From Mustelus asterias (taxonomy: Eukaryota): DNA of 64,000 bases. Location of the stretch: assembly GCF_964213995.1 (NCBI RefSeq), contig NC_135815.1:2418001-2482000 (forward strand), written 5' to 3'. A program made the translations under genes and the position numbers. Of this stretch, positions 12,193 through 25,699 are shown one piece after another (the stretch's first letter is position 1; each line of letters begins with the position of its first letter). The notes beneath the pieces were generated by a model. It saw only the letters and a program-made list of their open reading frames with translations, did not search any database and was not told where the DNA came from.

Positions 12193-15100
12193 AGAACATA
12201 GAACAGTACAGCACAGAACACGCCCTTCGGCCCACGATGTTGTGCTGAGCTTTATCTGAAACCAAGATCAAGCTATCCCACTCCCTATCATCCTGGTGTG
12301 CTCCATGTGCCTATCCAATAACCGCTTAAATGTTCCTCAAGTGTCTGACTCCACTATCACTGCAGGCAGTCCATTCCACACCCCAACCACTCTCTGCGTA
12401 AAGAACCTACCTCAGATATCCTTCCTATATCTCCCACCATGAACCCTATAGTTATGCCCCCTTGCAAAAGCTCCATCCACCCAAGGAAATAGGCTTTGAA
12501 TGTTCACTCTATCTATCCCCTTCATCATTTTATAAACCTCTATTAAGTCTCCCCTCAGCCTCCTCCGCTCCAGAGAGAACAGCCCTAGCTCCCTCAACCT
12601 TTCCTCATAAGACCTACCCTCCAAACCAGGCAGCATCCTGGTAAATCTCCTTTGCACTCTTTCCAGCGCTTCCACATCCTTCTTATAGTGAGGTGACCAG
12701 AACTGCACACAATATTCCAAATGTGGTCTCACCAAGGTCCTGTACAGTTGCAGCATAACCCCACGGCTCTTAAACTCCAACCCCCTGTTAATAAAAGCTC
12801 ACACACTATAGGCCTTCTTCAGAGCTCTATCCACTTGAGTGGCAACCTTTAGACATCTGTGGATATGGACCCCAAGATCTCTCTGTTCCTCCACAGTCTT
12901 CAGAACCCTTTGACCCTGTAATCCACGTTTAAATTTGTCCTACCAAAATGAATCACCTCACATTTATCAGGGTTAAACTCCATTTACCATTTTTCAGCCC
13001 AGCTTTGCATCCTATCTATGTCTCTTTGCAGCCTACAACAGCCCTCCACCTCATCCACTACTCCACCAATCTTGGTGTCATCAGCAAAATTACTGATTCA
13101 CCCTTCAGCCCCCTCCTCTAAGTCATTAATAAAAATCACAAAGAGCAGAGGACCAAGCACTGATCCCTGTGGCACTCCGCTAGCAACCTGCCTCCAGTCA
13201 GAAAATTTTCCATCCACCACCACCCTTTGTCTTCGATCACATAGCCAATTACCTATCCAATCTGCCAACTTTCGCTCTATCCCACAACTCCTTGCTTTCA
13301 TCATATGCCGACCATGGCGGACCTTATCAAACGCCTGACTAAAATCCATGTTTCTGACATCAACTGCCCTACCTTCATCAACACACTTAGTTACCTCCTC
13401 AAAAAATTCAATCAAATTTGTGAGGCACGACTTGCCCTTCACGAATCCGTGCTGACTATCCCGGTTTAATCCGTATCTTTCTATATGGTCGTAAATCCCA
13501 TCTCTAAGGACCTTTTCCATCAATTTACCAACCACCGAAGTAAGACTAACCGGTCTATAATTACCAGGGTCATTTCTATTCCCTTTCTTAAACAAAGGAA
13601 CAACATTCGCCACTCTCCATTCCTCTGGCACCATCCCCGTGGACAGTGAGGACCCAAAGATCAAAGCCAAAGGCTCTGCAATCTCATCCCTTGCCTCCCA
13701 AAGAATCCTAGGATATATTTCATCAGGCCCAGGGGACTTATCGACCTTCAGTTTATTCAAAACTGCCAGTATATCCTCCCTCCAAACAACTATTTCCTCC
13801 AGCCTGTAACACCTTCTCTTCCTCAAAAACATGGCCCCTCTCCTTGGTGAACACTGAAGAAAAGTATTCATTCATCACCTCGCCTATCTCTACTGACTCC
13901 ATACACAAGTTCCCACGACTGTCCTTGACCGGCCCTAACCTCACCCTGGTCATTGTTTTATTCCTCACATAAGAGTAAAAAGCCTTGGGGTTTTCCTTGA
14001 TCTGACCCGCCAAGGACTTCTCATGTCCCCTCCTAGCTCTCCTAAGCCCCTTTTTCAGCTCATTCCTTGCTAACTTGTAAGCCTCAATCGAGCCATCTGA
14101 ACCTTGTTTCCTCATCCCTACATAAGCTTCCCTCTTCCTTTTCACAACACATTCCACCTCTTTTGTGAACCATGGTTCCCTCACTCGGCCATTTCCTCCC
14201 TGCCTGACAGGGACATACCTATCAAGGACACCCAGTATTTGTTCCTTGAAAAAGTTCCACTTTTCATTAGTGCCTTTCCCTGACAGTTTCTGTTCCCATC
14301 TTATGCCCCCTAATTCTTGCCTAATCGCATCATAATTACCCCTCCCCCAATTATAAACCTTGCCCTGCCGTACGGCCCTATCCCTCTCCATTGCAATAAC
14401 AAAAGACACCGAATTGTGGTCACTATCTCCAAAGTGCTCTCCCACAACCAAATCTAACACTTGGCCCAGTTCATTTCCCAGTACCAAATCCAATGTGGCC
14501 TCACCTCTTGTCAGCCTATCCACTTATTGTGTCAGGAAACCCTCCTGCACACACTGCACAAAAACTGCCCCATCCGAACTATTTGACCTACAAAGGTTCC
14601 AATCAATATTTGGAAAGTTAAAGTCCCCCATGACAACTACCCTGTGACCCCCACACATATCCATAATCTGCTTAGCAATTTCTTCCTCCACATCTCTATT
14701 ACTATTAGGGGGCCTATAGTAAACTCCTAACAACGTGACCGCTCCTTTCCTATTTCTAACTTCAGCCCATATTACCTCAGTGTGCAGATCCCCCTCGAAG
14801 TGCCTTTCTGCAGCCGTGAGACTATCCTTGATTAACAATGCCACTCCTTCACCTCTTTTACCAGCTTCCCTACACTTACTGAAACATCTATAGCCCGGAA
14901 CGTCCAACAACCATTCCTGTCCTTGTTCTACCCACCTCTCCGTAATGGCCACAACATCGTAGTCCCAAGTACCAATCCATGCCCCAAGTTCATCTACTTT
15001 GTTCCGGATGCTCCTTGCATTGAAGTAGACACACTTCAACCCACCTTCCTGTCTACCGGTACCCACCCTTGACCCTGATACCTTCCCCAATACCTCACCA

Positions 15101-16415
15101 CCCTCAACACTGACTTCTGGACTACAACTCCTTTTCCCACTCCCCAGACAAATTAGCTTGAACCCCCCTGAAGAGCCGTTGCAAATTTCCCTCCCAGGAT
15201 ATTGGTGCCCCTCTGGTTCAGGTGCACCCCGTCCTGTTTGTACAGGTCCCAACTTCCCCAGAATGTGTTCCAATTATCCACGTATCAGAAACCCTCCCTC
15301 CTACACCATCCCTGCAACCATTTGTTTAACTGCACTCTCTCCCTGTTCCTCAACTCGCTATCACGTGGCACCGGTAACGTACCAGAGATGACCACATGTT
15401 TTGTCTTGGCTCTCAGCTTCCATCCCAGCTCCCGAAATTCCTGTTTTAAATCCCCTTCCTTTCTCTTGCCTACGTCGTTGGTACCAATGTGTACCATGAC
15501 TTGTGACTCCTTTCCCCTCCCCCTTATGAATCCGGAAGACACGGTCCGAGTCGTCACGGATCCTGGCTTCCGGTAGGCAGCATACCACCCGTGAGTCTCT
15601 TTTGCTGCCACTGAACCTCCTATCGATCCCTCTAACTAACGAGTCCCCAATAACTATTGCCCTTCCGCTCTCCCCCTTACCCGCCTGAGCCACAGAGATG
15701 GACACAGTGCTGGAGATCCTCTCACTGCGGCTCACCACTGGTATGTCACCCCCCTCAACCGTATCCAAAGCGGAATACTTGTTGCTAAGGGGAACGACCA
15801 CAGGGGATCTCTGCACTGACTGCTTCCTCCCAGCCCCTCTCACCGTCACCCATCTGTTTTCATTCCTCAGAGTTACTGTATCCCTAAAGCTTCTGTCTAT
15901 GGCCACCTCTGCGTCCCTAATGATCCGAAGTTCATCCAACCCCAGCCCCAGTTCCCTAACACGGTTTTGGAGGAGCTGCAGATGGGTGCACTTCCCACAG
16001 ATGTAATCAGCAGGGACACTGACGTCATCCCTCACCTCAAACATGGTGCAAGAGGAACATAGCACTGCCTGCACACCCATCCCCTCTTGATACCTTGCCA
16101 GTACCAGGTAGAAACAGCAAAAATGAATTAAACTCACCCCTGCTCGCCCTTTCTGCCTAAGCCCTGTGAACCAAAGCCCTGACAGCTTTCACTCAGCTTC
16201 CCACTCACTCCAAAGCCCACTGCCGACGCTGCCCGCTGTATAGAGTGACTTTTATACTAAAAAACACAATCTCCCAGAATCCCCAGCAGCCTACTCCCAC
16301 TTCCTCAGAGTTTAAACCCTTGAAAAAAGCCCGCGAAGAAACGGATTAAATAAATAAAGAAATCACAGCACTTTACTCACCCTCAGTACTCCTGCCGAAA
16401 ATCTCTCCCTCTGTC
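12193..16415 (-). mobile_element. Full-length CR1 LINE 'C' (same subfamily as B), disrupted
   Basis: 3' tail and UTR nearly identical to B; RT (13098-13871), endonuclease (14524-15273), ORF1 (15285-16137). Confidence 0.92.
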
Positions 16416-16435
16416 CTGCACCACTCATTAATTTT

Positions 16436-17130
16436 GATTTTGATTTGATTTGATCTGATTTGATTGATCATTGTCCAATGTATTAACATACAGTGAAAAG
16501 TATTGTTTCTTGCTCGCTATACAGACAAAGCATACCGTTCATAGAGGAGGAAACGAGAGGGTGCAGAATGTAGTGTTACAGTCATAGCTCGGGTGTAGAG
16601 AAAAATCAACTTAATGCAAGGTAAGTCCATTCAAACGTCTGACAGCAGCAGGGAAGAAGCTGTTCTTGAGTCAGTTGGTACGTGACCCAGATTTTTGTGT
16701 CATTTTCCTGACAGAAGAAGATGGAAGAGAGAATGTCCAGGGCTGCTTTGCCGAGGCAGCAGGAAGTGTAGACAGAGTCAGTGGATGGGAGGCTGGTTTG
16801 CGTGATGGACTGGGCTACATGCACAACATTCTGTAGTTTCTTGCGGTCTTGAACAGAGCAGGAGCCATACCAAGCTGTGGTACAACCAGAAAGAATGCTT
16901 TCTATGGTGCATCTGTAAAGGTTGGCGAGAGTTGGAGCTGACATGCCACATTTCCTTAGTCTTCTGAGAAAATAAAGGCGTTGGTGGGGCTTTCTTAACT
17001 AGAGTGTCGGCATGGGGGGACCAGGACAGGTTGTTGGTGATTTGGACACCTAAAAACTTGAAGCTCTCGACCCTGTCTACTTCCTCCCCGTTCTCCTTTA
17101 CACTTCCTGAAGTCGATGACAATCTCCTTC
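16436..17130 (-). mobile_element. Rex1/Babar-type LINE 3' fragment
   Basis: VESFKFLGVQITNNLSWS and LANLYRCTIESILSGCTTAWYG motifs; (AAATC)n tail. Confidence 0.75.
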
Positions 17131-17676
17131 ATTGTTCTGAATGTTTTGTGCATTCAGATACAAAGCTTTTTAATTTGTTCTACTGGTAAATTTACCGAAT
17201 CTTTTATAATTCCTTGGTGCATTAAGACATTCACCCGTTCTGTCCCTCTCTTTTATTGTCTGGTAACCATCGGCCACATCGCTAACCAGCACTCTTACAT
17301 CCTCCTTCAATTTGGGTTTTCTAATTTCCCCGACAACTGAACGCTCGCCGCACCCCCTATTCAGTTTAAAGCCCTATCTACTGCCTTAGTAATGCAATTT
17401 GCTAGGACTCTGATCCCAGCATGATTCAGATGAAGACCATCCCATGGGAACAGGTCCCTTCTTCCCAGTTACCCCCACTCCCGTACCCACCATGTTGAAG
17501 ATGGCAGCAGGAAAGATCCTGCATTCAGGGAGTGGAGGGAAGAGACACCACTGACCCTAATCTGACCCCCCGGACCCATTCCCTGGAGAGAGGCCTCAGT
17601 TTTCAGAGACCCAAAAGGCTGTGGTTCTGTTGATCTGTGGGGAGGTCTGGCCCCTTTAAATGTCTGACTGTCTCCA

Positions 17677-19354
17677 GTTAGGGACCAGATCAGAAACTCC
17701 GAGGTAGATTGTGAAGTTAGCCCAGATCCCAACTTTATTTGATTTGGGCATTCGTGTGAGGATAAGATGTTTCACTCCAGGTGTGATTCTATTAACCCAA
17801 CAGGAAGCTTTTATTAAAACAAACTTTATTTAACAACACAGTTTGAATTTAACAAAAAGAATGAGCATAACTTTTACTAATTGACATACTGATTGTGTAC
17901 AAGAGTTGGGAAATCATGTTGCAGCTATATAAACCTTAGTTGGGCCGCATTTGGAGTATTGCGTGCAGTTCTGGTCACCACAATACCAGAAGGACGTGGA
18001 AGCTTTGGAGAGAGTGCAAAGAAGGTTCACCAGGATGTTGCCTGGTCTCGAGGGTGTTGGCTATGAGGAGAGGTTGAATAAACTAGGATTGTTTTCACTG
18101 GAAAGACAGAGGCTGAGGGGAGACCTGATAGAGGTCTACAAAATTATGAGAGGCACAGACAGGATGGAGAGTCAGAGGCTTTTACCCAGGGTGAAAGTGT
18201 CAATTACAAGGGGGCACGGGTTCAAGGTGAGAGGGAGGAAGTTTAAGGGAGATGTACGGGGGGAAGTTTTTCATGCAGAGAGTGGTGATGTGGGAGATCT
18301 AGGGTACCAGCAACATGAGGCACTATTAGCTCCTATCGTCGACTTGGGAACAAACAGTGCGAGACACAATGAGAACTCGATCTTACAATCTTTAATTACT
18401 TGTGCACGAGGTGAAACAGTCCTCTGCAGAATGTTTCTGAAGTTACATCCAAACAACTTGGCGATTATAGTTAATTACAGCAAATGAGAAACAAGCAATT
18501 TTTCCAATCCTTCATTTGCATACATATTCACCAATCAGACCCGAGCTTTTCACCCTTTCTTATTCGATGAAAACTGTCTCCTGCTAATCCTGCATTTGTA
18601 TCGCATGTCCCCATATCTTGCCCTTGGTATTCCGTTACGGAAAACTCTGATTTTTCTTATCCTCTGGTGAAGGCCAAAAACAGAAAGTTTATGGGATTTA
18701 TGCAGGTGAAGGCCAGCCGTTCATGCGAAATACGCAAGCACTGACCCCATTGAAGGCCTGTATGCTGATTTCCCATTGGCTGACAGAGACTTATGCAACC
18801 TTAGTTTTAACAATTTAACTTCCACAGTGGGTGCTGGAACGCGCTGCCAGAGGAAGTGGTGGAAGCAGGCACATTAGCAATGTTTAAGAAGCATCTGGAT
18901 GGGGACATGAGTAGGGAGGGAACAGAGGGATACAGAAGGTTTTTTTTAAAGTTTAGTTTGGACATCATGATTAACACAAGCTTGGAGGGCCGAAGGGCCT
19001 GTTCCTGTGCTGTACTTTTCTTTGTTCTTCTTTGAACTTTAAACATGACAAGGTATAATTCTGAACTTCAATCTATCTCTATCATGCCAATTTAAGCAAT
19101 ATCCCCAAAGACACACATCCTTCTTCAGAATCAGTTAGCACAAAATATATAGCTCATGTGGATGCGAGGTTTCCAGACTCTTAACACTTCTGGACAGAGA
19201 TCCAGCAATTCGGATCAATTATGCATCTGCAGCATCAACATGTGGGCTGCCAGTTACAGACAAAGTGGCACCGATACATAGAACTGACTGCAAAGAACAT
19301 CCTGCACAAGAAACAAGACACAAATATGTTTCTTAAAGGCACAGTATCATCACA
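17677..19354 (-). mobile_element. LTR-like repeat (family of 27-1606) hosting a CR1 3' fragment (about 17896-19035, +)
   Basis: Shared terminal and internal motifs with the other copies; ORF 17951-18487 begins as the CR1 RT C-terminus. Confidence 0.6.
18289..18826. mobile_element. Solo LTR (538 bp) inside the CR1 fragment
   Basis: Termini TGTGG...CCACA; near-TSD GTGA/GTGG; CR1 sequence (agagtggtg|ggtgctggaac) resumes on both sides. Confidence 0.7.
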
Positions 19355-19682
19355 CTCTTCTAATGTTGCAGACATTCCCCATTCTCATTCCCACAGCTGC
19401 TTCAGATTGTGAGAAACACAAATAGTTCAGAAAAGTTAATTCCATGGACTGCAGTGTTTCTCGAAGGCAGTTCACCACCACCTTCTCCAGGGACCGTTAG
19501 GGATGGGTAATTAATGCTGGTCTAGCCAGTGACACCCACATCCCATGAATGAATTAAAACAATAACTGGGAGGAGGAGCTTTGTCTGAGAGAGCTGTTCC
19601 ACAGTGTGAGGACAACATTGTATTCCATTGTTATATCAACACATCTGTAATGCTGAGGTCAGCACACTGTAATCCCCAGGAT

Positions 19683-22570
19683 ATAAGACCAGAAGACCAT
19701 AAGACATAGGAGCGGAAGTAAGGCCATTCGGCCCATCGAGTCCACTCCACCATTCAATCATGGTTGATTTCAACTCCATTTACCCGCTCTCTCCCCATAG
19801 CCCTTAATTCCTCGAGAAATCAAGAATTTATCAATTTCTGTCTTGAAGACGCTCAACGTCTCGGCCTCCACAGCCCTCTGTGGCAATGAATTCCACAGAC
19901 CCACCACTCTCTGGCTGAAGAAATTTCTCCTCATCTCTGTTCTAAAGTGACTCCCTTTTATTCTAAGGCTGTGCCCCCGCGTCCTAGTCTACCCTGTTAA
20001 TGGAAACAACTTCCCTACGTCCATCCTATCTAATGACAACGTTCCGATGAGACAGGGGGGTGTTGGTAGGGTACGGGAACCGTGGTGCACGAAGGTTGTG
20101 ATGAACCTGGTGAATAAGAAAAGAGAGGCGTACAGAAGGTTCAGAGAGCTAGGAGGTGTTAAGGATTTAGAGGAGTATATGGGATGTAGGAAGGAGCTTA
20201 AGAAGGAAATTAGGAGAGCGAGAAGGGGTCATGAGAAGACCTTGGTGGGTAAGATTAAGGAGAATCCCAAGGCTTTCTACAAATATGTCAAGAGTAAAAG
20301 GATGAAATGTGAAGACATAGGACCCTTAAAAGGTGAAGGGGGAAAAGTTTGTGCGGAACCGTTAGAAATGGCGGAGGTGCTTAATGAATACTTTACCTCG
20401 GTATTCACGGTGGAAAGGGATCTGGGTGGTTGTACTGCTGGTTTGCGGTGGACAGAAAGGATCGAGCATGTGGACATAAAGAAAGAGGATGTGTTGGAAC
20501 TATTGAATGGCATCAAGGTTGGTAAGTCGCCGGGACCGGATGGGATGTACCCCAGGTTACTGTGGGAGGCGAGGGAGGAGATTGCGGAGCCTTTGGCGAT
20601 GATCTTTGCATCGTCAATGGAGACGGGAGAGGTTCCGGAGGATTGGAGGATTGCGGATGTGGTCCCTATATTCAAGAAAGGGAACAGGGACAGCCCGGGA
20701 AATTACCGACCGGTGAGTCTAACCTCAGTGGTTGGTAAGTTGATGGAGAGGATCCTGAGAGACAGGATTTATGATCATCTAGAGAAGTTTAGTATGATCA
20801 AAAGTAGTCAGCACGGCTTTGTCAAGGGCAGGTCGTGCCTTACGAGCCTGGTTGAGTTCTTTGAAAATGTGACCAAACACATTGACGAAGGAAGAGCGGT
20901 GGATGTGGTCTATATGGACTTCAGCAAGGCGTTCGATAAGGTCCCCCATGCAAGACTTCTTGAGAAAGTGAGAGGGCATGGGATCCAAGGGGCTGTTGCC
21001 TTGTGGATCCGGAACTGGCTTGCCTGCAGAAGGCAGAGAGTGGCTGTGGAGGGGTCTTTCTCTGCGTGGAGGTCAGTGACCAGTGGAGTGCCCCAGGGAT
21101 CTGTTCTGGGACCCTTGCTGTTTGTCATTTTCATAAATGACCTGGATGAGGAAGTGGAGGGATGGGTTGGTAAGTTTGCTGACGACACCAAGGTAGGTGG
21201 TGTTGTGGATAGTTTGGAGGGATGTCAGAAGTTGCAGCGAGACATAGATAGAATGCAAGACTGGGCGGAGAAGTGGCAGATGGACTTCAACCCGGATAAG
21301 TGTGTAGTGATCCATTTTGGCAGATCCAATGGGATGAAGCAGCAGTATAATATGAAGGGTACCATTCTTAGCAGTGTAGAGGATCAGAAGGACCTTGGGG
21401 TCCGGGTCCATAGGACTCTTAAATCGGCCTCGCAGGTGGAGGATGCGGTCAAGAAGGCGTACGGCGTACTAGCCTTCATTAATCGAGGGATTGAGTTTAG
21501 GAGTCGGGAGATTATGCTGCAGCTTTATAGGACCCTGGTTAGACCCCACTTGGAGTACTGCGCGCAGTTCTGGTCACCTCATTACAGGAAAGATGTTGAA
21601 GCCATTGAAAGGGTGCAGAGGAGATTTACAAGGATGTTGCCTGGATTGGGGGGCATGCCTTATGAGGATAGGTTGAGGGAGCTTGGTCTCTTCTCCCTGG
21701 AGAGACGAAGGATGAGAGGTGACCTGATAGAGGTTTACAAGATGTTGAGAGGTCTGGATAGGGTAGACTCTCAGAGGCTATTTCCAAGGGCTGAAATGGT
21801 TTCTACGAGAGGACACAGGTTTAAGGTGCTGGGGGGTAGGTACAGAGGAGATGTCAGGGGTAAGTTTTTCACTCAGAGGGTGGTGGGTGAGTGGAATCGG
21901 CTGACGTCGGTGGTGGTGGAGGCAAACTCGTTGGGGTCTTTTAAGAGACTTCTGGATGAGTACATGGGATTTAATGGGATTGAGGGCTATAGATAGGCCT
22001 AGAGGTAGGGATATGATCGGCGCAACTTGTGGGCCGAAGGGCCTGTTTGTGCTGTGGCTTTCTATGTTCTATGTTCTATGTTAAGCCGTTCATTATCTTG
22101 TAAGTTTCTATCAGATCTCCCCTCAACCTCCTAAACTCCAATGAATATAATCCCACGATCCTCAGACGTTCATCGTATGTCAGGCCTACCATTCCTGGGA
22201 TCATCCGTGTGAATCTCCGCTGGACCCGCTCCAGTGCCAGTATGTCCTTCCTGAGATGTGGGGCCCAAAATTGCTCACAGTACTCCAAATGGGGCCTAAC
22301 CAGTGCTTTATAAAGCCTCAGAAGTACATCCCTGCTTTTGTATTCCAAGCCTCTTGAGATAAATGACAACATTACATTTGCTTTCTTAATTACGGACTCA
22401 ACCTGCAAGTTTACCTTTAGAGAATCCTGGACTAGGACTCCCAAGTCCCTTTGCACTTTAGCATTATGAATTTTGTCACCGTTTAGAAAATAGTCCATGC
22501 CTCTATTCTTTTTTCCAAAGTGTACGACCTTGCACTTGCCCAGTTGAATTTCATCAGCCACTTCTTGGAC
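19683..22570 (-). mobile_element. CR1 3' fragment 'F', interrupted at about 20033-22081
   Basis: 3' tail at about 19683; RT C-terminus ORF 22076-22561 is collinear with 19683-20032. Confidence 0.8.
20033..22081 (+). mobile_element. Young 5'-truncated CR1 'G' with uninterrupted RT ORF (20047-21996, 649 aa)
   Basis: [34 protein letters not shown] motifs; (TTCTATG)n tail. Confidence 0.92.
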
Positions 22571-24625
22571 CGCTCAAATGTTCCTAAAGTGTCTGACTCC
22601 ACTATCACTGCAGGCAGTCCATTCCACACCCCAACCACTCTCTGCGTAAAGAACCTACCTCTGATATCCTTCCTGTGTTTTGTGAGAGGGAGGTCATGCC
22701 TCACTAACCTGGTGGTGTTTTTTGAAGAAGTGACCAAAATGGTTGACGAAGGAAGGGCCGTGGATGTTGTCCATATGGACTTTAGTAAAGCGTTTGACAA
22801 AGTCCCTCATGGTAGGCTAGTGAAAAAGGTTGGATCCCATGGGATAAAGGGGGAGGTGGCTAGATGGGTGGAGAACTGGCTTGGTCATAGAAGACAGAGG
22901 GTGGTAGTGGAAGGGTCTTTTTCCGGCTGGAGGCCTGTGACTAGTGGTGTACCGCAGGGCTCTGTATTGGGACCTCTGCTGTTTGTGATTTATATAAATG
23001 ATCTGGAAGAAGGAGTAACTGGGGTGATCAGTAAGTTTGCGGACGACACAAAACTGGCAGGACTTGCAGATAGTGAGGAACATTGTCAGAGGCTACAGAA
23101 GGATATAGATAGGCTGGAAATTTGGGCAAGGAAATGGCAGATGGAGTTCAATCCTGATAAATGCGAAGTGATGCATTTTGGTGGGAATAATGTAAGGAGG
23201 AGCTACACGATAAATGGAAGAACCATAAAGGGTGTAGAGACGCAGAGGGACCTGGGTGTGCAAGTCCACAGATCTTTGAAGGTGACGTCACAGGTGGAGA
23301 AGGTGGTGAAGAAGGCATATGGCATGCTTGCCTTCATAGGACGGGGCATAGAGTATAAAAGTTGGGGTCTGATGTTGCAGATGTATAGAACGTTGGTTCG
23401 GCCGCATTTGGAATACTGCGTCCAGTACTGGTCGCCACACTACCAGAAGGACGTGGAGGCTTTGGAGAGAGTACAGAGGAGGTTTACCAGGATGTTGCCT
23501 GGTATGGAGGGGCTTGGTTATGAGGAGAGATTGGGGAAACTGGGGTTGTTCTCCTTGGAAAGACGGAGGATGAGGGGAGACTTAATAGAGGTGTATAAAA
23601 TTATGAAAGGCATAGATAGGGTGAACGGTGGGAAGCTTTTCCCCGGGTCGGTGGTGACGTTCACGAGGGGTCATAGGTTCAAGGTGAAGGGGGGGAGGTT
23701 TAACACAGATATCAGAAGGACATATTTCACACAGAGGGTCGTGGGGGCCTGGAATGTGTTGCCGGGCAAGGTGGTGGAGGCGGACACACTGGGAACGTTT
23801 AAGACTTATCTAGACAGCTATATGACCGGAGTGGGAATGGAGGGATACAAAAGAGTGGTCTAGTTTGGACCAGGGAGCGGCGCGGGCTAATTGTTCCTTG
23901 TTTCTCGTGGAAGTGGAAATGACTAGGGTTGGGAAGTATTTTCCGATCAGGGCCATTGTGATCTCCTGGACTCGTTTCGATCGCCTCAGGGGGTCGGAGA
24001 GGAATTTCCCAGATTTTTTTTTCCCCATATTGGCCCTGGGGTTTTTCACTCTGGGTTTTCGCCTCTCCCTGGAGATCACATGGTCTGGAATGGGGGGGTG
24101 GGGGTGAGTTAATAGGTTGTAATGAACAAAGCATCGTAGCTGTGAGGGACAGCTCGGTGGATAGGATATTGGTATGTAGATAGGCTGGAAAATTGGGCGG
24201 GGATCCTGGATTCAGGATTCAATCCTGGACCGGGGAGCGGCGCGGGCTTGGAGGGCCGAAGGGCCTGTTCCTGTGCTGTATTGTTCTTTGTTCTTTGTTC
24301 TTTGTTGTATCTCCCACCACGAACCCTATAGTTATGCCCCCTTGTAATAGCTCCATCCACCCGAGGAAATAGTCTTTGAACGTTCACTCTATCTATCCCC
24401 TTCATCATTTTATAAACCTCTATTAAGTCTCCCCTCAGCCTCCTCCGCTCCAGAGAGAACAGACCTAGCTCCCTCAACCTTTCCTCATAAGACCGAACCT
24501 CCAAACCAGGCAGCATCCTGGTAAATCTCCTCTGCACTCTTTCCAGCGCTTCCACATCCTTCTTATAGTGAGGTGACCAGAACTGCACACAATATTCCAA
24601 ATGTGGTCTCACCAAGGTCCTGTAC
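22571..24625 (-). mobile_element. CR1 3' fragment 'H' (B/C subfamily), split by CR1 'I'
   Basis: 22571-22676 and 24306-24625 are collinear and match the B/C 3' ORF2 sequence. Confidence 0.75.
22677..24304 (+). mobile_element. 5'-truncated CR1 'I' (RT frame open to 23863) with extended 3' UTR
   Basis: RT motifs in ORF 22520-23863; (GTTCTTT)n tail at about 24283-24304. Confidence 0.88.
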
Positions 24626-25699
24626 TTTCAGCTCAGAATTTAAAGAACAAAGAAAATTACAGCACAGGAACAGGCCCTTCGGCCTTTCCAAGCCTGCACC
24701 GACCATGCTGCCCGACTGAACTAAAACCCCCTACCCTTCCAGGGACCATATCCCTCTATTCCCATCCTATTCATGTATTTGTCCAGTCGCCCCTTAAAAC
24801 TCACTACCGTATCCGCTTCCACCGTAACCCCTGGCAGCGAGTTCCAGGCACCCACCACCCTCTGTGTAAAAAACCTTGCCTTGTACATTTCCTTTAAACC
24901 TTGCCCCTCACACCTTAAACCTATGCCTCCGAGTAATTGACTCTTCCACCCTGGGAAAAAGCTTCTGAATATCCACTCTGTCCATGCCCCTCATAATCGT
25001 GTAGACTTCTATCAGGTCGCCCCTCAACCTCCATCGTTCCAGTGAGAACAAACCAAGTTTCTCCAACCTCTCTTCATAGCTAATGCCCTCCATACCAGGC
25101 AACATCCTGGTAAATCTTTTCTGTAGCCTCTCCAAAGCCTCCACATCCTTCTGGTAATGTGGCGACCAGAATTGAACACAGTGTGGCCGAACGAAGGTTC
25201 TATAAAGCTGCAACACGACTTGCCAATTTTAAAACTCAATGCCCCAGTTGATGAAGGCATGCATGCCGTATGCCTTCTTGACTACCTTCTCCACCTGCGT
25301 TGCCACTCTCAGTGACCTGTGTAACTATATACCCAGATCCCTTTGCCTCTCAATACTCGAAAGGGTTCTGCCATTTACTGTATATTTCCTATCTGTATTA
25401 GACCTTCCAAAATGCATTACCTCACAATTGTCCGGATTAAACTCCATCTGCCATCTCTCCGCCCAAGCTCCAACCTATCTATATCCTGCTGTATCCTCTG
25501 ATGGTCCTCATCGCTATCTGCAAATCCACCAACCTTTGTGGCGTCCGCAAACTTACCAATCAAACCAGTTACATTTTCCTCCAAATCATTTATATATATT
25601 ACAAACAGCAAAGGTCCCAGCACTGATCCCTGAGGAACACCACTTGTCACAGCCCTCCATTCAAAAACGCACCCTTCCACTTCTACCCTCTGTCTTCTG

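Larger units (their letters stand above)
3083..17468 (-). mobile_element. Old CR1 LINE 'host A', split by nested insertions; surviving pieces about 3083-3367, 4064-5615, 11197-12192, 17133-17468
   Basis: Collinear RT and endonuclease fragments on the - strand (ORFs 4006-4302, 4312-4503, 4864-5367, 5358-5573, 11853-12221) resume after each insertion. Confidence 0.8.

Noticed and set aside
19600-19640. CACAGTG heptamer as an RSS
   Set aside because: No ACAAAAACC-like nonamer at 12- or 23-bp spacing and no adjacent gene segment.
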